Numbered from the stretch's first letter, positions 21,066 to 32,189 are shown. The stretch: DNA of 64,000 nucleotides from Vulcanimicrobiota bacterium (GCA_050250895.1 JBFWNU010000004.1:32001-96000), one strand, 5' to 3'. Notes: generated from the sequence alone by a model not told the origin. A program made the numbers and translations.

Positions 21066-21745
21066 GGCTGGGCACGCACAGACCGGGTGACGGCTGGTTT
21101 CATCTGGCTCGCGACAGGTTCTATCGCGTCTGGCTGGCGACTCTGATAGCCTGCCTGGTGTTAGGCGTGTTCGAGTCCTCACTCTTCTTTTTCGGATTGG
21201 TCGCCTATTTTTTGCTTTGCCCGGTGGGACTGGCCCTGGCGGGGTTATACCTCTACCGAAACCTGGTCACCCAAGAGTGGGTGCTCGACCAGGAACTGGC
21301 CCAGCTCCTGCGGGTAGCGACCTGGCCAACTCGCAGCCTGGTCCCTGTGGCCCGAGTGGAGGAACTCACCGGGGTGGCCCTGGCGGCCGAAGAAACCGAG
21401 TCAACCTGGGTGCCCGAGGGACCAGAAGCCACCGCCGAGCAGGTCGTCTACCTCTTGCGAACCAGCGGCAAGCCGCTGGCCGTCTCGCGCCACAAGTTCA
21501 CTAAGCGCGCCCAAGCCCTGCGTCTGGCCCAGGACCTCTCCGAGCACCTCGACCTGCCCCTACGGCTGGGCGGAGCCCAGGAACGCCTGGTCTATAGCTC
21601 TAAGGGCATCAGCTTTGTCCCTTACAACTACGAGGCGCCATGGAAGCCAGCCACCTTGACCCTGGTAATGTGGGTGACCTGGCCTGGACTGGTGATCGGC
21701 ATGATTGGTTGGCTATATTTCCTGACCGGAACGTCGCCTGTGTAG
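21062..21745 (+). CDS. membrane protein, tandem paralog 2
   Basis: GTG 21062 overlaps the upstream stop; colinear with paralog 1. Confidence 0.8.
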   Translation: MRLGTHRPGDGWFHLARDRFYRVWLATLIACLVLGVFESSLFFFGLVAYFLLCPVGLALAGLYLYRNLVTQEWVLDQELAQLLRVATWPTRSLVPVARVEELTGVALAAEETESTWVPEGPEATAEQVVYLLRTSGKPLAVSRHKFTKRAQALRLAQDLSEHLDLPLRLGGAQERLVYSSKGISFVPYNYEAPWKPATLTLVMWVTWPGLVIGMIGWLYFLTGTSPV

Positions 21746-21844
21746 CGACACTCGGGTGGCCAGGTAGCTTGCCCTCGTCGACGAAGGGGCGGACAATGAG
21801 AGTCCCCGGCCATGTCTTCCAGCTGAAAGACGGGACCGAGCCAC

Positions 21845-22438
21845 TCACGTCTCTTCGGTCGCAGTGCGCAACTCCCTTAGATACCGGTAATAGGTGCTGC
21901 GAGAAATACCCAGGAGCGAACAGATTTCATCCATATCCAAGAAGGCCTCTTGCAAGGCGATCACAGCAAGCCTTTTTGAGCTGTGATGAAGCGAAAGGTA
22001 CTCGATCTCGCGACGAGCGGCAACGGTTTCGAGCGACACCGCACAAAGAATACCGTGACTGGAATAGATGTCGACAGAAAGCTCTCCCAGCCTCCAGTTC
22101 GAAGCAACGATTAAGCCACCACCACTAGCCAACGGCTCTCCCAACGTATCTCTCAAGTCGGGCACGGGACCACCAGAAACGGCCAGAGTCCGACCTTCAA
22201 GCTCCAACGCCCCCCCGTTGATGTGCCACGCCAATCCCTTTGTGAACGTCACATACAGACACCGTTGTTGCGGTGGCAGCGCTTCACCGGTAAACGAGAC
22301 ATCTCTCAGGGCCATGCCATAAGCGCCACCGAAATACTCGTAGCTAACCGGATGACGGTGGCGAATGTCAGGTTCTCCCAGGATGGCTCGAACCTGGGCG
22401 GTGGTTTGCCCGATGGCAAGACCATTGACGGTGACCAT
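21845..22438 (-). CDS. hypothetical protein with C-terminal resolvase-type HTH
   Basis: C-terminus MDEICSLLGISRSTYYRYL; region appears lower in GC than its flanks. Confidence 0.55.
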   Translation of the reverse strand: MVTVNGLAIGQTTAQVRAILGEPDIRHRHPVSYEYFGGAYGMALRDVSFTGEALPPQQRCLYVTFTKGLAWHINGGALELEGRTLAVSGGPVPDLRDTLGEPLASGGGLIVASNWRLGELSVDIYSSHGILCAVSLETVAARREIEYLSLHHSSKRLAVIALQEAFLDMDEICSLLGISRSTYYRYLRELRTATEET

Positions 22439-22568
22439 GATACAACAAGGCTACGCCCAACCCGAGATGGTGACCTTCTCGCCTCGCCCGAGCGGCAGGT
22501 TGAAAGGGTCAGATCGTCGCCAAGGACAAAGGCTGGGTTGCCTGGCCTACCCTCAACTATCTCTCCGC

Positions 22569-22658
22569 CTCACGTTGGGAATGTTTCTGACCTGGCCGGC
22601 GCTGGTGGTCGGCCTGTTCGGCTGGCTCCACTTGCTGACGGGCACTCCGCCCTACTAG
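22569..22658 (+). pseudogene. orphan 3' fragment of a third membrane-protein paralog
   Basis: LTLGMFLTWPALVVGLFGWLHLLTGTPPY* aligns with LTLVMWVTWPGLVIGMIGWLYFLTGTSPV* of 21062-21745. Confidence 0.7.
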
Positions 22659-23659
22659 ACGGCGATATCGAAGTGGCCGCTACCCTGGCGGCGGGCGCGG
22701 GACAGAGAGGTCTCGACGCGGGCGAATAGTGCTGGCGTATCCTCGTGCTTGCCGCGCCATAGGGCTGCCCCGGCACAGCAAGTGGCCTGAGCGGGCACGG
22801 TGCGCACCACCCGGCGGAGCAGCTCCTCGATCGTGCGGCCAAGGCTGGCGGGTTCGGCCTCGGTAAGCACAATCAGAAAGGTCCCGCCGGTCAGACGACC
22901 GAGCGAACTCTGGCCGGAGAGTCCGGTTCGCAACTGCTCGCAAAACAGCCGCAGCAGGCGATCGGTGACTTCCGTGCCCAGGGACTGGTTGAGGGCGGTA
23001 AGACCGTTCAGCTCTACCTCGAGCACGGCTAAAGCACCGGCTGTCGAAGACTGCTTCTCGCGGTCGAGCACCTCCAGAATCGTCTCTCGCGTCCAACACC
23101 GGGTCACAGGGTCAACCAGGCTTTTGCGCCGCAACTCGTCCACCTCAGACATCAGTTGCTGTTCGACCTGGGTCAGGCGAACCCGTTGCAGTTCGCTCTC
23201 GGCGCAGGCAGCGAAATCCTCGAGCGAGGCCAGCGCTTCATCGTCAAAGTGGCGCTCACGCACGTCCAAGAGGCAAAAGGTGCCTACCCGATGGCCCTCT
23301 TCGTTGCGAAGGGGAACGCCGGCATAGAAGCGCACGCCCTCTTCGCCCCGCACGACCGGGTTGTCGAAAAATCGCTCATCGAGCAAAGCGTTGGGCACGA
23401 TCAGAGGCTGGTCGTCGAGAATGGTGTAGTTGCAAAAGGCCAGCTCGCGTGGGGTCTCGGTCATCTGATGCCCCTGAGCCGACTTGAACCACTGGCGCTG
23501 GCTGTCGAGCAAAGTGATCATGGTGACGGGCGTCTCGAAGTGGCGGCGGGCCAGTCGTGTCAGTCGATCGAAGCGCTCTTCGGCCGGGGTGTCCAGCAGG
23601 CAAGAACGGTGGAGGCTTTCGAGACGTTGCTGCTCGTCGGCAGCCAGCGGATAGTTCAT
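22655..23659 (-). CDS. GAF + degenerate GGDEF protein
   Basis: LDTPAEERFDRLTRLA..FYAGVPL GAF domain; active-site loop reads RLTGGTF. Confidence 0.9.
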   Translation of the reverse strand: MNYPLAADEQQRLESLHRSCLLDTPAEERFDRLTRLARRHFETPVTMITLLDSQRQWFKSAQGHQMTETPRELAFCNYTILDDQPLIVPNALLDERFFDNPVVRGEEGVRFYAGVPLRNEEGHRVGTFCLLDVRERHFDDEALASLEDFAACAESELQRVRLTQVEQQLMSEVDELRRKSLVDPVTRCWTRETILEVLDREKQSSTAGALAVLEVELNGLTALNQSLGTEVTDRLLRLFCEQLRTGLSGQSSLGRLTGGTFLIVLTEAEPASLGRTIEELLRRVVRTVPAQATCCAGAALWRGKHEDTPALFARVETSLSRARRQGSGHFDIAV

Positions 23660-25923
23660 CAGCTACTTCGATAGAATAGCAGGCGCAGCCCGTTGAGGCA
23701 AACCAGCACGGTGCTGCCTTCGTGGCCGAGCACACCCAGGGGAAGGGGTAGGTGGGCTCCCAGCGAGCTGATCACCAGCACCACGATCACGCCCAGGGCG
23801 AAGCTGAGGTTGGCCACCATGATGCGGCGGGCTCGACGGCTGATAGCGAAGGCGAAAGGCAGGTGCTCGAGCCGCTCGCCCATAAACACCACGTCGGCCG
23901 ACTCGAGGGCCACATCACTACCGGCTGCGCCCATGGCAATCCCCAGGTCGGCGGTGGCCAGAGCCGGAGCGTCGTTGACGCCGTCCCCCACCATGGCCAC
24001 TTTGTAGTTCTCTTTGAGTTGCTGGAGTTTGGCCACCTTGTCCTGAGGCAGCAATTCGGCATGCACCTCATCGACCCCGGCCTGGCGGCCGATGGCTTCG
24101 GCCACCAGTCGATTGTCGCCGGTGAGCATGACCAACCGCTTGAACCCCGAGGCGCGCAGGGCAGCCACGGTGGCCACCGCATCGGGTCGCAGCACATCGG
24201 CCACGGCCACCACTCCCAAAAAGCGTTTCTCGTCGCCCACCAGCATGGCCGTCTTGCCCTGGGCTTGAAGAGCCTCCATTGCCTGATGAAACTGGGCCAA
24301 GCCCTGCTGACCCGCGAACAAGCGAACCGAGCCGATGGTGAGGCGCCGCCCCTCTACGGTGGCCGAGGCACCCTTGCCAGAAACCGAAGCGAAGTCGAGC
24401 GGTTCGGGCAGGTCCAGCCCCTGGGCCTGGGCTTCGGCCAGGATGGCCGCGGCCAGAGGATGCTCCGAGCGGCTTTCGACCGCGGCAGCCAGCCGCAGCA
24501 GGTCAAGGGCGTCGTGGGGCCAGACCTGGTCTTTCGAGTAGCTGCCGGACGGCACCACCACGTCGGTGACTCGGGGCTTGCCTTCGGTCAGGGTGCCCGT
24601 CTTATCGAAAGCGATGGCGTCGATATCGGCCGCCCGCTCGAGGTGGGCTCCCCCTTTGAACAAGACGCCGCGCCGGGCGGCCCCACCGATGGCCGAGAGG
24701 ATCGAGGCGGGAGTCGAGATCACCAGCGCACAGGGTGAAGCCACCACCATCACCGTGATGGCCTTGTAGAACACGGCGTCGAAAACCCCGCCCAGAGCCA
24801 TGGGCACGGCCACCAGCGCCATCGTCACCAGAATGACTCCCACCGCGTAATACTGCTCGGCCTGGTCGAGCCAGCGCTGGGTGTTGGCCTTCTCGCTCTG
24901 TGCCTCTTCTACCATCTGCACCAGTTTGGCGATGGTGGAGTCACGCGCCAGTCGGGTGACCCGAAACTCGATACTGCCGGACTGATTGATGGTCCCGGCG
25001 AAAACAGGTTGGCCGGGGCCCTTTGAAACAGGCAGCGACTCGCCAGTCAAAGACGACTCGTCGAGACTGGTCTGCCCCTCTACGATCTCGCCGTCGAGGG
25101 GAACGGCCTCGCCCGGCTTGACCACGATCAGGTCGTCAAGCACCAACTCGTCGAGGAGCAGCAAGACCAGTTCACCCCCGCGCCGCACCAGGGCTCGTTC
25201 CGGTCGCAGCCGCATGAGAGCCTGAATGGCCTGACGGGTGCGGTCGATGGCGAAGGCTTGCAAGACGTTCGAGAGCGAGAAGAGAAAGAGCAGCACCGCC
25301 CCCTCCATCGGGGCGTTGACGTAGGCCGCGCCCAGGGCGGCCAGGATCATCAGCAGGTCGACATCGACGGTTCCCTCGCGCAGCGATTGCCAGGCTGCCT
25401 GCACACCGAAGGTCCCTCCCGTGAGGTAGGCCAGCACCAGGGCCGGCACCCGCACGGCCGGCACTAGCCAGGCCACCAGCATGGCCAGCAAGGTGATCGC
25501 GGTGAAGGCGATCTCGACCTTGTCCGCGGCCGGAACCGCCTCTCCCCAGGGCGCTACCGGAGCCCCGCTGGCTTTGACCTGAGCGAGCAACTGCTGGCCA
25601 CTGATCTTGCCGCCGTCAAAGGCGATACTCATCACGCCACCCACAAAGGTGGCCGAAGCCCGCCGCACACCCTCGATGCGCTCTACCTTACGTTCCAACT
25701 TCAGGGCGCAGGCTTCGCAGGCCCGACCGTTCAGGCGATAAAGACACTTCTCGAAACGCTCCGGGACCAGATTGCGCGCGTAGCTCTCCACCTGAGCGTC
25801 GGAAAGGCGCTGGGGGTTGAAGTCGATCTCGACCGACTCGTCACCCACCAGGCGAACCCCTAGCACCCCTTCGGGAGGCAACATCGGGTCCTGGATATCG
25901 ACATGCTCGCAGGGCTCTGACAC
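23659..25923 (-). CDS. heavy-metal P1B-type ATPase (P1B-4-like)
   Basis: HMA CEAC, TGES, SPC, DKTGT, SEHP, GDGVNDAP and HEGST motifs. Confidence 0.96.
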   Translation of the reverse strand: MSEPCEHVDIQDPMLPPEGVLGVRLVGDESVEIDFNPQRLSDAQVESYARNLVPERFEKCLYRLNGRACEACALKLERKVERIEGVRRASATFVGGVMSIAFDGGKISGQQLLAQVKASGAPVAPWGEAVPAADKVEIAFTAITLLAMLVAWLVPAVRVPALVLAYLTGGTFGVQAAWQSLREGTVDVDLLMILAALGAAYVNAPMEGAVLLFLFSLSNVLQAFAIDRTRQAIQALMRLRPERALVRRGGELVLLLLDELVLDDLIVVKPGEAVPLDGEIVEGQTSLDESSLTGESLPVSKGPGQPVFAGTINQSGSIEFRVTRLARDSTIAKLVQMVEEAQSEKANTQRWLDQAEQYYAVGVILVTMALVAVPMALGGVFDAVFYKAITVMVVASPCALVISTPASILSAIGGAARRGVLFKGGAHLERAADIDAIAFDKTGTLTEGKPRVTDVVVPSGSYSKDQVWPHDALDLLRLAAAVESRSEHPLAAAILAEAQAQGLDLPEPLDFASVSGKGASATVEGRRLTIGSVRLFAGQQGLAQFHQAMEALQAQGKTAMLVGDEKRFLGVVAVADVLRPDAVATVAALRASGFKRLVMLTGDNRLVAEAIGRQAGVDEVHAELLPQDKVAKLQQLKENYKVAMVGDGVNDAPALATADLGIAMGAAGSDVALESADVVFMGERLEHLPFAFAISRRARRIMVANLSFALGVIVVLVISSLGAHLPLPLGVLGHEGSTVLVCLNGLRLLFYRSS

Positions 25924-26016
25924 ACATCCAGGCTATCATTCGCGTGCTGTTTCTGGCAATGATCTAAAATAGCCGAGACAGGTCGCCCCACGATGGCGAC
26001 GAACGAGGACGACAAG

Positions 26017-27567
26017 ATGGAGCAGGTAATCATCATCGGGGCCGGCCCGGTCGGCCTTTCCCTGGCGCTGGGCCTGGCCCGCCAGGGAGTGACTTCGGTG
26101 GTGTTCGAAAAAAAAACCGAGCCCAGCCCCTATTCTCGCGCGCCGGGCATTCACGCGCGCACGCTGGAGATCTTTCGCGGCTGGGGCGTGCTCGAGGCCT
26201 TCAAGGCCGAAGGCGCCTTCCTGCGTCAGGTTCAGCCCTACACCGTAGGCGCTCAGGCCCCGGTCACTACGCTGGACTTCGGCCTGCTCGACCCGGTGTG
26301 CGCCGAAGCGGGGGTGCTGATTCTGGCCCAGGACGTGACCGAGCGAATTCTAGCCGGCGCCTGCCGCGAGACCGGCCGGGTCGAGATCCGCTTCGGACAT
26401 GAACTCAAGGCCTTCGAACAGACCCCCGAAGCAGTCGAAGCCGTGCTCGCGACGAGCCAGGGCCAATCCCGCCACCGAGGAGCCTACCTGGCCGGGTGCG
26501 ACGGCGCCCACGGGACCGTGCGCGAACGCCTGGGGTGGGAACTGGTGGGAAAGACGTATCCCACTCGTTTGATGCTGGCCGATATCGTCTTCGGTGACCC
26601 CGCCTTCGCCCCCCCCTGGCCGGTCATAGCCCGCTTTGAAAGCGGTTTCGTGGCCGCCCTGAGGGTCGACTCGAGGCGATGGCGCTTGCTGGGCACTTTG
26701 GGCAAGCGCGACCTGGATGAAGAAGGCGTCCAGCGGCGCGCTGAGACTCTCTTCGGGCCGCAGAGCTACTCTCTGGAGTGGTCTAGCGACTTCCATTTCC
26801 ACTGCCGGACCAGCCCCCACTTTCGAGCCCAGCGCGTCTTTCTGGTGGGCGACGCCGCCCATATCAACTCACCAGTCGGAGGCCAGGGGATGAACTCTGG
26901 CATTCACGATGCTCACAATCTAGCCTGGAAACTGGCCCGCGCGCTCTCGGGGGCCACCCGTCCCGAGCTGCTCGACTCGTACGAAGCCGAGCGCCGACCG
27001 CAAGTGGTCAAGAACGTCGCGGCCCGCACCGATCTGGCCACCCGCTTGCTGCTGTTGAGCGGCCAGACCGTTCGTCAGAGTCTGGCCTGGCTGGGAGCTC
27101 AACTGCTGGCCCGACCCTGGGTCTTTGCTCGCGTTGCCCCACAGATCGGGATGCTGAGTCAACGATACAAGCGGTCCCCGATCATCAGCGGAGAGGGGCC
27201 CCGGCTGGGTCGCCGACTGGCCAATCTCATGCTCGAGCAGGGCGAGCGTAGGTTTCGGCTCAGCGACGAGTTAGAACCCGAAGCCGTGTTGCTGTTGTTT
27301 GACGATGGAGGGATGCCGCGCTGGCAGGCCGGCGCGGTGGCCGCGCATCTGACAGCCATACCCGGCTTGAAGGTACGACGCCTGGTGAATACCACGGTCG
27401 AAGCCCAGACGGACGATTGGCAAGTCAGTCAAGAAGGCTGGGCCGAATGGCTCGGACTGCCAGGCACCGCTCTGTTGGTGCGCCCCGACGGATTCGAGGG
27501 GTGGCGCTGCACCCGGCCGACCACTCAGCAACTCGAAGACGGGGTAAGACTAGCCCTCGGACTTTAG
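26017..27567 (+). CDS. FAD-dependent monooxygenase
   Basis: GAGPVG, GCDGAHG and GDAAHINSPVGGQGMNSGIHDA; alternative start 25993. Confidence 0.93.
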   Translation: MEQVIIIGAGPVGLSLALGLARQGVTSVVFEKKTEPSPYSRAPGIHARTLEIFRGWGVLEAFKAEGAFLRQVQPYTVGAQAPVTTLDFGLLDPVCAEAGVLILAQDVTERILAGACRETGRVEIRFGHELKAFEQTPEAVEAVLATSQGQSRHRGAYLAGCDGAHGTVRERLGWELVGKTYPTRLMLADIVFGDPAFAPPWPVIARFESGFVAALRVDSRRWRLLGTLGKRDLDEEGVQRRAETLFGPQSYSLEWSSDFHFHCRTSPHFRAQRVFLVGDAAHINSPVGGQGMNSGIHDAHNLAWKLARALSGATRPELLDSYEAERRPQVVKNVAARTDLATRLLLLSGQTVRQSLAWLGAQLLARPWVFARVAPQIGMLSQRYKRSPIISGEGPRLGRRLANLMLEQGERRFRLSDELEPEAVLLLFDDGGMPRWQAGAVAAHLTAIPGLKVRRLVNTTVEAQTDDWQVSQEGWAEWLGLPGTALLVRPDGFEGWRCTRPTTQQLEDGVRLALGL

Positions 27568-27924
27568 CCACTGCCAGGCCTCTTCGGCCTGGATGGGCGA
27601 GAAAAAACGCGCCTCGTCCATGAGAGGTTGGCTGAGCATGAGCAACTGCTCGGCCCACTTCTGCTCTCCCACCAGAGCCATCCGCTCGACATCGCGCAGG
27701 TGCTTGAGCCCGAACTTAAGGTCCTCGAAAGCGGCCGCTGGCGTCAGGCCTCGAAAGTCGGTCATATCGACGTAGACTCGAATCCTATCATAGCGACTTA
27801 AGAGGGCTTCGATCGCCGGCAGCAAGCCCTCGTAGTCTTCGCGGGTAAGCTTGCCCCAGATTCTAATGCCGAGGATGTTGTCGTGGCTGCGCTCGAGCAG
27901 CGAATAGTGTCTTTCGGTGAGCAT
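27550..27924 (-). CDS. SpoIIAA-like (STAS/SEC14) protein
   Basis: GKLTREDY..AAFEDLKFGLKH..RMALVG..EEAWQWL. Confidence 0.88.
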   Translation of the reverse strand: MLTERHYSLLERSHDNILGIRIWGKLTREDYEGLLPAIEALLSRYDRIRVYVDMTDFRGLTPAAAFEDLKFGLKHLRDVERMALVGEQKWAEQLLMLSQPLMDEARFFSPIQAEEAWQWLKSEG

Positions 27925-27933
27925 GGCGCCTCC

Positions 27934-28383
27934 TTACAGGGCGTTGGCCTCGAGTTCGACGCCGAGGGCCTGGTTGCAGCGGTTGGTCAGGTGAGCCATC
28001 CCCATGTTCAGGCACAGTTCGACCAGTCCCCGGCGGCCGAACTCGCGCACCAGGTTGGTGCGCATCATGATCGGCAAGCGGTGGTCGTTGCCGGCCATGC
28101 GCGTGGCCAGCTGAATCACCAGCAGTTCGGCTTGATTGAATGGAGTCCGGAGCCCGCGGCGGAGGGCCTCGAGCTTGTCCGCTTCGACTCCCGCCTGGCG
28201 GGCCTCGAGTTCGTGATGGTGAATGTCATAGGGACATTCGTTGAGTCGCGAGACGGCCAGCCGGGCCAGAGCCCGGATCTTGGGGTCGAGCTCGGCCCGA
28301 TCCAAATCTTTGATAAAACCCGCCAGGTCCCGTTCGAGTTCGGGAGCGACCGACAGGGCGGAAAGTAGATTGAGAGTTTGCAT
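27934..28383 (-). CDS. carboxymuconolactone decarboxylase / AhpD-like protein
   Basis: LAVSRLNECPYDIHHH (CxxD rather than CxxC) and TNRCNQALG. Confidence 0.82.
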   Translation of the reverse strand: MQTLNLLSALSVAPELERDLAGFIKDLDRAELDPKIRALARLAVSRLNECPYDIHHHELEARQAGVEADKLEALRRGLRTPFNQAELLVIQLATRMAGNDHRLPIMMRTNLVREFGRRGLVELCLNMGMAHLTNRCNQALGVELEANAL

Positions 28384-28467
28384 GGCTTGCCTCCACCTGC
28401 CATGCTCTCACAACCCGAGCGGCCTCCGACTATCCACCCGCACCCGCAGGCGCCATCCGAGAGGATA

Positions 28468-30567
28468 CTAGAACAATCGCTGCAGAAAGCCGCCATAGGC
28501 GTTGAGAAACGGGGCCAGCACCAGGCTGATGATAGCCATCAGCTTGATAAGGATGTTGAGGGCCGGCCCCGAGGTGTCTTTGAAAGGGTCGCCCACCGTG
28601 TCGCCGACGACCGCCGCCCGGTGCGTGTCGGTGCCGCGTCCGCCGTGTTCGCCCGACTCGATGTATTTCTTGGCGTTGTCCCAGGCGCCACCCGAGTTGG
28701 CCATGGACACGGCGGTCACCACGGCCGTCACCAAAGCCCCGATGAGCATGCCCGAGAGCATCTTCACCCCGAAAAGAAATCCGACCAGAATGGGAGCCAG
28801 AATGACCATCAGACCGGGCGCGACCATCTCGCGCAGCGACGCGGCCGTGGCGATGTCGACGCAACGGGCGTAGTCGGCTCGCCCGGTCCCTTCCATCAGC
28901 CCGGGAATGGTGCGAAATTGGCGCCGCACCTCGTCGATCATGTCCAGCGCCGCCCTCCCCACCGAGCGCATGGTCATGGCCGAAAAAGCGCAGGTGAGCG
29001 CCCCGCCCACCAGTAGTCCGGCCATGACCCAGGGATCGAGCAGATCGATCTGAGTCAAGTGGCTGCGGGTCACGAAGGCCGAGAACAACGCCACCGAGGT
29101 CAGCGCGGCCGAGCCGATGGCAAACCCTTTGCCGATCGCGGCAGTGGTATTGCCGGCCGAGTCGAGAATGTCGGTGCGACGGCGCACCTCGGGATCGAGA
29201 TGCCCCATTTCGGCCAGCCCACCGGCATTATCGGCAACCGGCCCGTAGGCGTCGATGGTCAGCGCCACCGCGATGGTGCCCAGCATTCCGATCGCCGACA
29301 TAGCGGTGCCGTACATTCCCGCGAAAGAGACGGCCACCAGCAGGGTGCCCGCGATCAAGATTACGGGAATGACGGCGCTGTTGTAGCCCAGGGCCAGACC
29401 ATAGATGATGTTGGTGGCCGTGCCCATTAAAGAAGCCCTGGCCACCTCGCGGGTGGGTGCGAAAGAGTAAGAAGTGAAGACCTCGGTCACATAGCCGATG
29501 AGATAGCCCGACACCAGCCCGGCCAGAAAGCTGAGATAGACGCCCAGGCTGGTCACCTCGCGGCCCATCAACTCGAAAGTGGCGGGCAGCAGCTGGTTGG
29601 TCAAGAAGTAGCCGCCGATTCCCATGATCACGGTGGCCAGCAGCAGCATGTTCTTGAGGGTGCTCTGGACCTTCGCTTCGCTCTCGGCGCGAAAAGCGAG
29701 AATGCCGATCAAACTGGCCGGAATGCCCAGGCAACTGACCGCCAGCGGATAGAGCAAAGCGCCCTGGTTGTCGTGAAAGGCCAGGGCGCCGATCACCATG
29801 GCGGCGCAGCTACTCTCGGCCACCGAACCGAACAGGTCGGCGCCCATCCCGGCCACGTCTCCGACGTTATCGCCCACATTGTCGGCGATGACGGCCGGGT
29901 TGCGCGGGTCGTCTTCGGGAATGCCCGCCTCGACCTTGCCCACCAGGTCCGCACCGACATCGGCGGCTTTGGTGTAGATTCCGCCACCCACGCGAGCAAA
30001 CAAGGCCACCGTCGAGCCCCCCAGGCCAAAGCCCGAGAGAGTCTCCATCACCAGTTCAGACGAGCCGGTCATGGAGTGGGCCAGAGCCGCATAGCAGATG
30101 GCCATTCCGAGCACCGCCAGCCCGCTCAGGCCAAAGCCCATCACGGCCCCAGACTGAATGGCCGTCACGAAGCCCTGCACCAACGAGCGGCTGGCCGCCA
30201 CGGTAGTGCGAACGTTACCGGCAGTGGCTGTCATCATGCCGATATAGCCGGCCAGCACCGAGGTGGCCGCCCCGGCCACGAAGGCCAGAGCGGTGTAGAT
30301 GCCTTCATGAAGGGTGGTGGCGGGGTCATTGAGCAACAGGGCCAGGGCCACCGCGAACACCAGGATGAAGATCCCTAGATAGTAGTATTCCCTGCGCAGG
30401 AAGGCCATCGCTCCCTCGCGGATCGAGCCGCTGATCTCCAACAAGAGGCGGGCCTTCTCGGCGCTTCCCCCGGCCTCGTCCACCGAGACCGCCGCGACGC
30501 GTGCGTGGAAAAGGAAGGCGACCAATATCGAAAAGGCGCCGACAATGAGGATCGACGTTAAGACCAT
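28468..30567 (-). CDS. hppA: membrane H+-translocating pyrophosphatase, K+-dependent type
   Basis: [35 protein letters not shown]; GNTTAA (Ala, K+-dependent); [10 protein letters not shown]; TACAAT 6 nt before ATG 30567. Confidence 0.96.
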   Translation of the reverse strand: MVLTSILIVGAFSILVAFLFHARVAAVSVDEAGGSAEKARLLLEISGSIREGAMAFLRREYYYLGIFILVFAVALALLLNDPATTLHEGIYTALAFVAGAATSVLAGYIGMMTATAGNVRTTVAASRSLVQGFVTAIQSGAVMGFGLSGLAVLGMAICYAALAHSMTGSSELVMETLSGFGLGGSTVALFARVGGGIYTKAADVGADLVGKVEAGIPEDDPRNPAVIADNVGDNVGDVAGMGADLFGSVAESSCAAMVIGALAFHDNQGALLYPLAVSCLGIPASLIGILAFRAESEAKVQSTLKNMLLLATVIMGIGGYFLTNQLLPATFELMGREVTSLGVYLSFLAGLVSGYLIGYVTEVFTSYSFAPTREVARASLMGTATNIIYGLALGYNSAVIPVILIAGTLLVAVSFAGMYGTAMSAIGMLGTIAVALTIDAYGPVADNAGGLAEMGHLDPEVRRRTDILDSAGNTTAAIGKGFAIGSAALTSVALFSAFVTRSHLTQIDLLDPWVMAGLLVGGALTCAFSAMTMRSVGRAALDMIDEVRRQFRTIPGLMEGTGRADYARCVDIATAASLREMVAPGLMVILAPILVGFLFGVKMLSGMLIGALVTAVVTAVSMANSGGAWDNAKKYIESGEHGGRGTDTHRAAVVGDTVGDPFKDTSGPALNILIKLMAIISLVLAPFLNAYGGFLQRLF

Positions 30568-30761
30568 CGGGGGATTGTAGCCAATCGGCTTCAAGAAACC
30601 GACAATTTGAGCAGGTCCCAGCGTCAAGAAAACGTCAAGATCCAAATCTGTCCCAATGGAAACAAACTCGCAAAGATCTGTTTACAATCGACCGGCTCGG
30701 GCAAGCCCTTTCCATCCATCGACAACTAGACTGTGCTCATCCCCACAAGGAGAGTGACCCG

Positions 30762-32189
30762 ATGCCGACCCTCGAGAAAGCTGCCCCTTCTGCTCCCAGG
30801 ACTCATGTCAAAGTCAAGACCGACAAAGACAACCCCAAGCCCAAGAGCTCAGCGTCAAACTCGAGCGGTAACGCCGGGACTGCAGGCAACGCCGGCCCGG
30901 CCACCCAAACACGACCCAAAGACACCGCCACGGTTTCTGACGAAGCGCGCGCCGACGACAACGAAGAAGGGGCCAGCGGCGGTCTGCTGGGCGGTCTGGC
31001 CGGAGCCTTCAAGAACGTAGAGGACGAAGAGACTCGGCGCGACCGCGACGCCGTCCGTTACCTCGACGAGCACTTCGACGCTTATGACAATCCGGGCGGA
31101 GGCGACACCGACGGCGTCGTCTCGGTGGACGACCTGCAAGACGTCGCCTCCGGTGACTTCGACCAGGACAAGGCGCGGGAACGTTTGCAGGCGGCCGGGG
31201 TGGCTGAAGAGGATCTCGACGCCGAACTAGCTCGCCTGCAGGAGAACGCCGAGTATTTGCTCGGACGCGATGAACTGCTCGACGAGATCGACGTGGCCAA
31301 TGATCCGGGTGGAGATCACGACGACAAGATCGCTCGCAGCGACCTGCACCACTATCAATATCGCGAGCAACTCGAAAGCGTCGAAGATGGATACCGGCCC
31401 TACAACGTGGACCGCACGGGGATTCCTGAGACTCCCTACAGCCTGCCCACCGAGGAAGACGACGGCGGCCGCCGTCACTCCGAACCCAATCGCACCGACG
31501 AGGTGATCCGCCAGCAGGAGAACGCCATTCTCGAGGGCCTGACCCACGGTGGTCCGGTCGAGTTTACCAATTCTAACGGCGAGACCGAGAATCTCACCAT
31601 CGAACAGGTTACCAACAGCAAGGGTGACGTAGAATTCCGTCTGCGTGGCGAGGATGGCCACACCATCAACGTCTCCTCTGAACTGACCGCCGACGAGACG
31701 CGCACCGCGCTGGCCCGGGTGGCCGACTACTACACGCAGGTTCCTGATGGCCTACGTGAATCGGTCGACAACATCGAATTCTTGAAGGACCCCGATCCGG
31801 ACGGAACCGCGGCCGCCAGCTTCAATAGCGAGCACGACCGGGTGCGCTTTTTCGGCGGACTCGACTACATCAACGAAGCCGTCTTCGAGCACGAATTCGG
31901 TCACGGCGTGGGCTACGAAACCGACGGCGAGGGCGAGGGTTTTCTCAACGACCTCAACCCCTTCGACGGCGGCGGCGCCGGCTCGCCCCAGGGCTGGGAA
32001 GACGCCATCAACTCCGACGGCAACCGTCCCACCGACTACGCCAACACCAACCATAAGGAAGACTTCGCCGAATCGTGGGCCATCTATCTCGAGGCTCGCG
32101 AGCAGGGTGACGATGCCCTCGAAGAATTCGCTCAGCAATATCCTCACCGTTTCGATATTCTCGACGAGATCTACGAGAACGCCGCCTAA
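30762..32189 (+). CDS. acidic protein with EF-hand-like loops and C-terminal zincin metallopeptidase domain
   Basis: HEFGH plus downstream YANTNHKEDFAES; Asp-rich loops; AGGAG RBS. Confidence 0.75.
   Translation: MPTLEKAAPSAPRTHVKVKTDKDNPKPKSSASNSSGNAGTAGNAGPATQTRPKDTATVSDEARADDNEEGASGGLLGGLAGAFKNVEDEETRRDRDAVRYLDEHFDAYDNPGGGDTDGVVSVDDLQDVASGDFDQDKARERLQAAGVAEEDLDAELARLQENAEYLLGRDELLDEIDVANDPGGDHDDKIARSDLHHYQYREQLESVEDGYRPYNVDRTGIPETPYSLPTEEDDGGRRHSEPNRTDEVIRQQENAILEGLTHGGPVEFTNSNGETENLTIEQVTNSKGDVEFRLRGEDGHTINVSSELTADETRTALARVADYYTQVPDGLRESVDNIEFLKDPDPDGTAAASFNSEHDRVRFFGGLDYINEAVFEHEFGHGVGYETDGEGEGFLNDLNPFDGGGAGSPQGWEDAINSDGNRPTDYANTNHKEDFAESWAIYLEAREQGDDALEEFAQQYPHRFDILDEIYENAA

Noticed and set aside
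22655-23659. Active diguanylate cyclase
   Set aside because: The GG(D/E)EF motif is degenerate (TGGTF); such proteins are common
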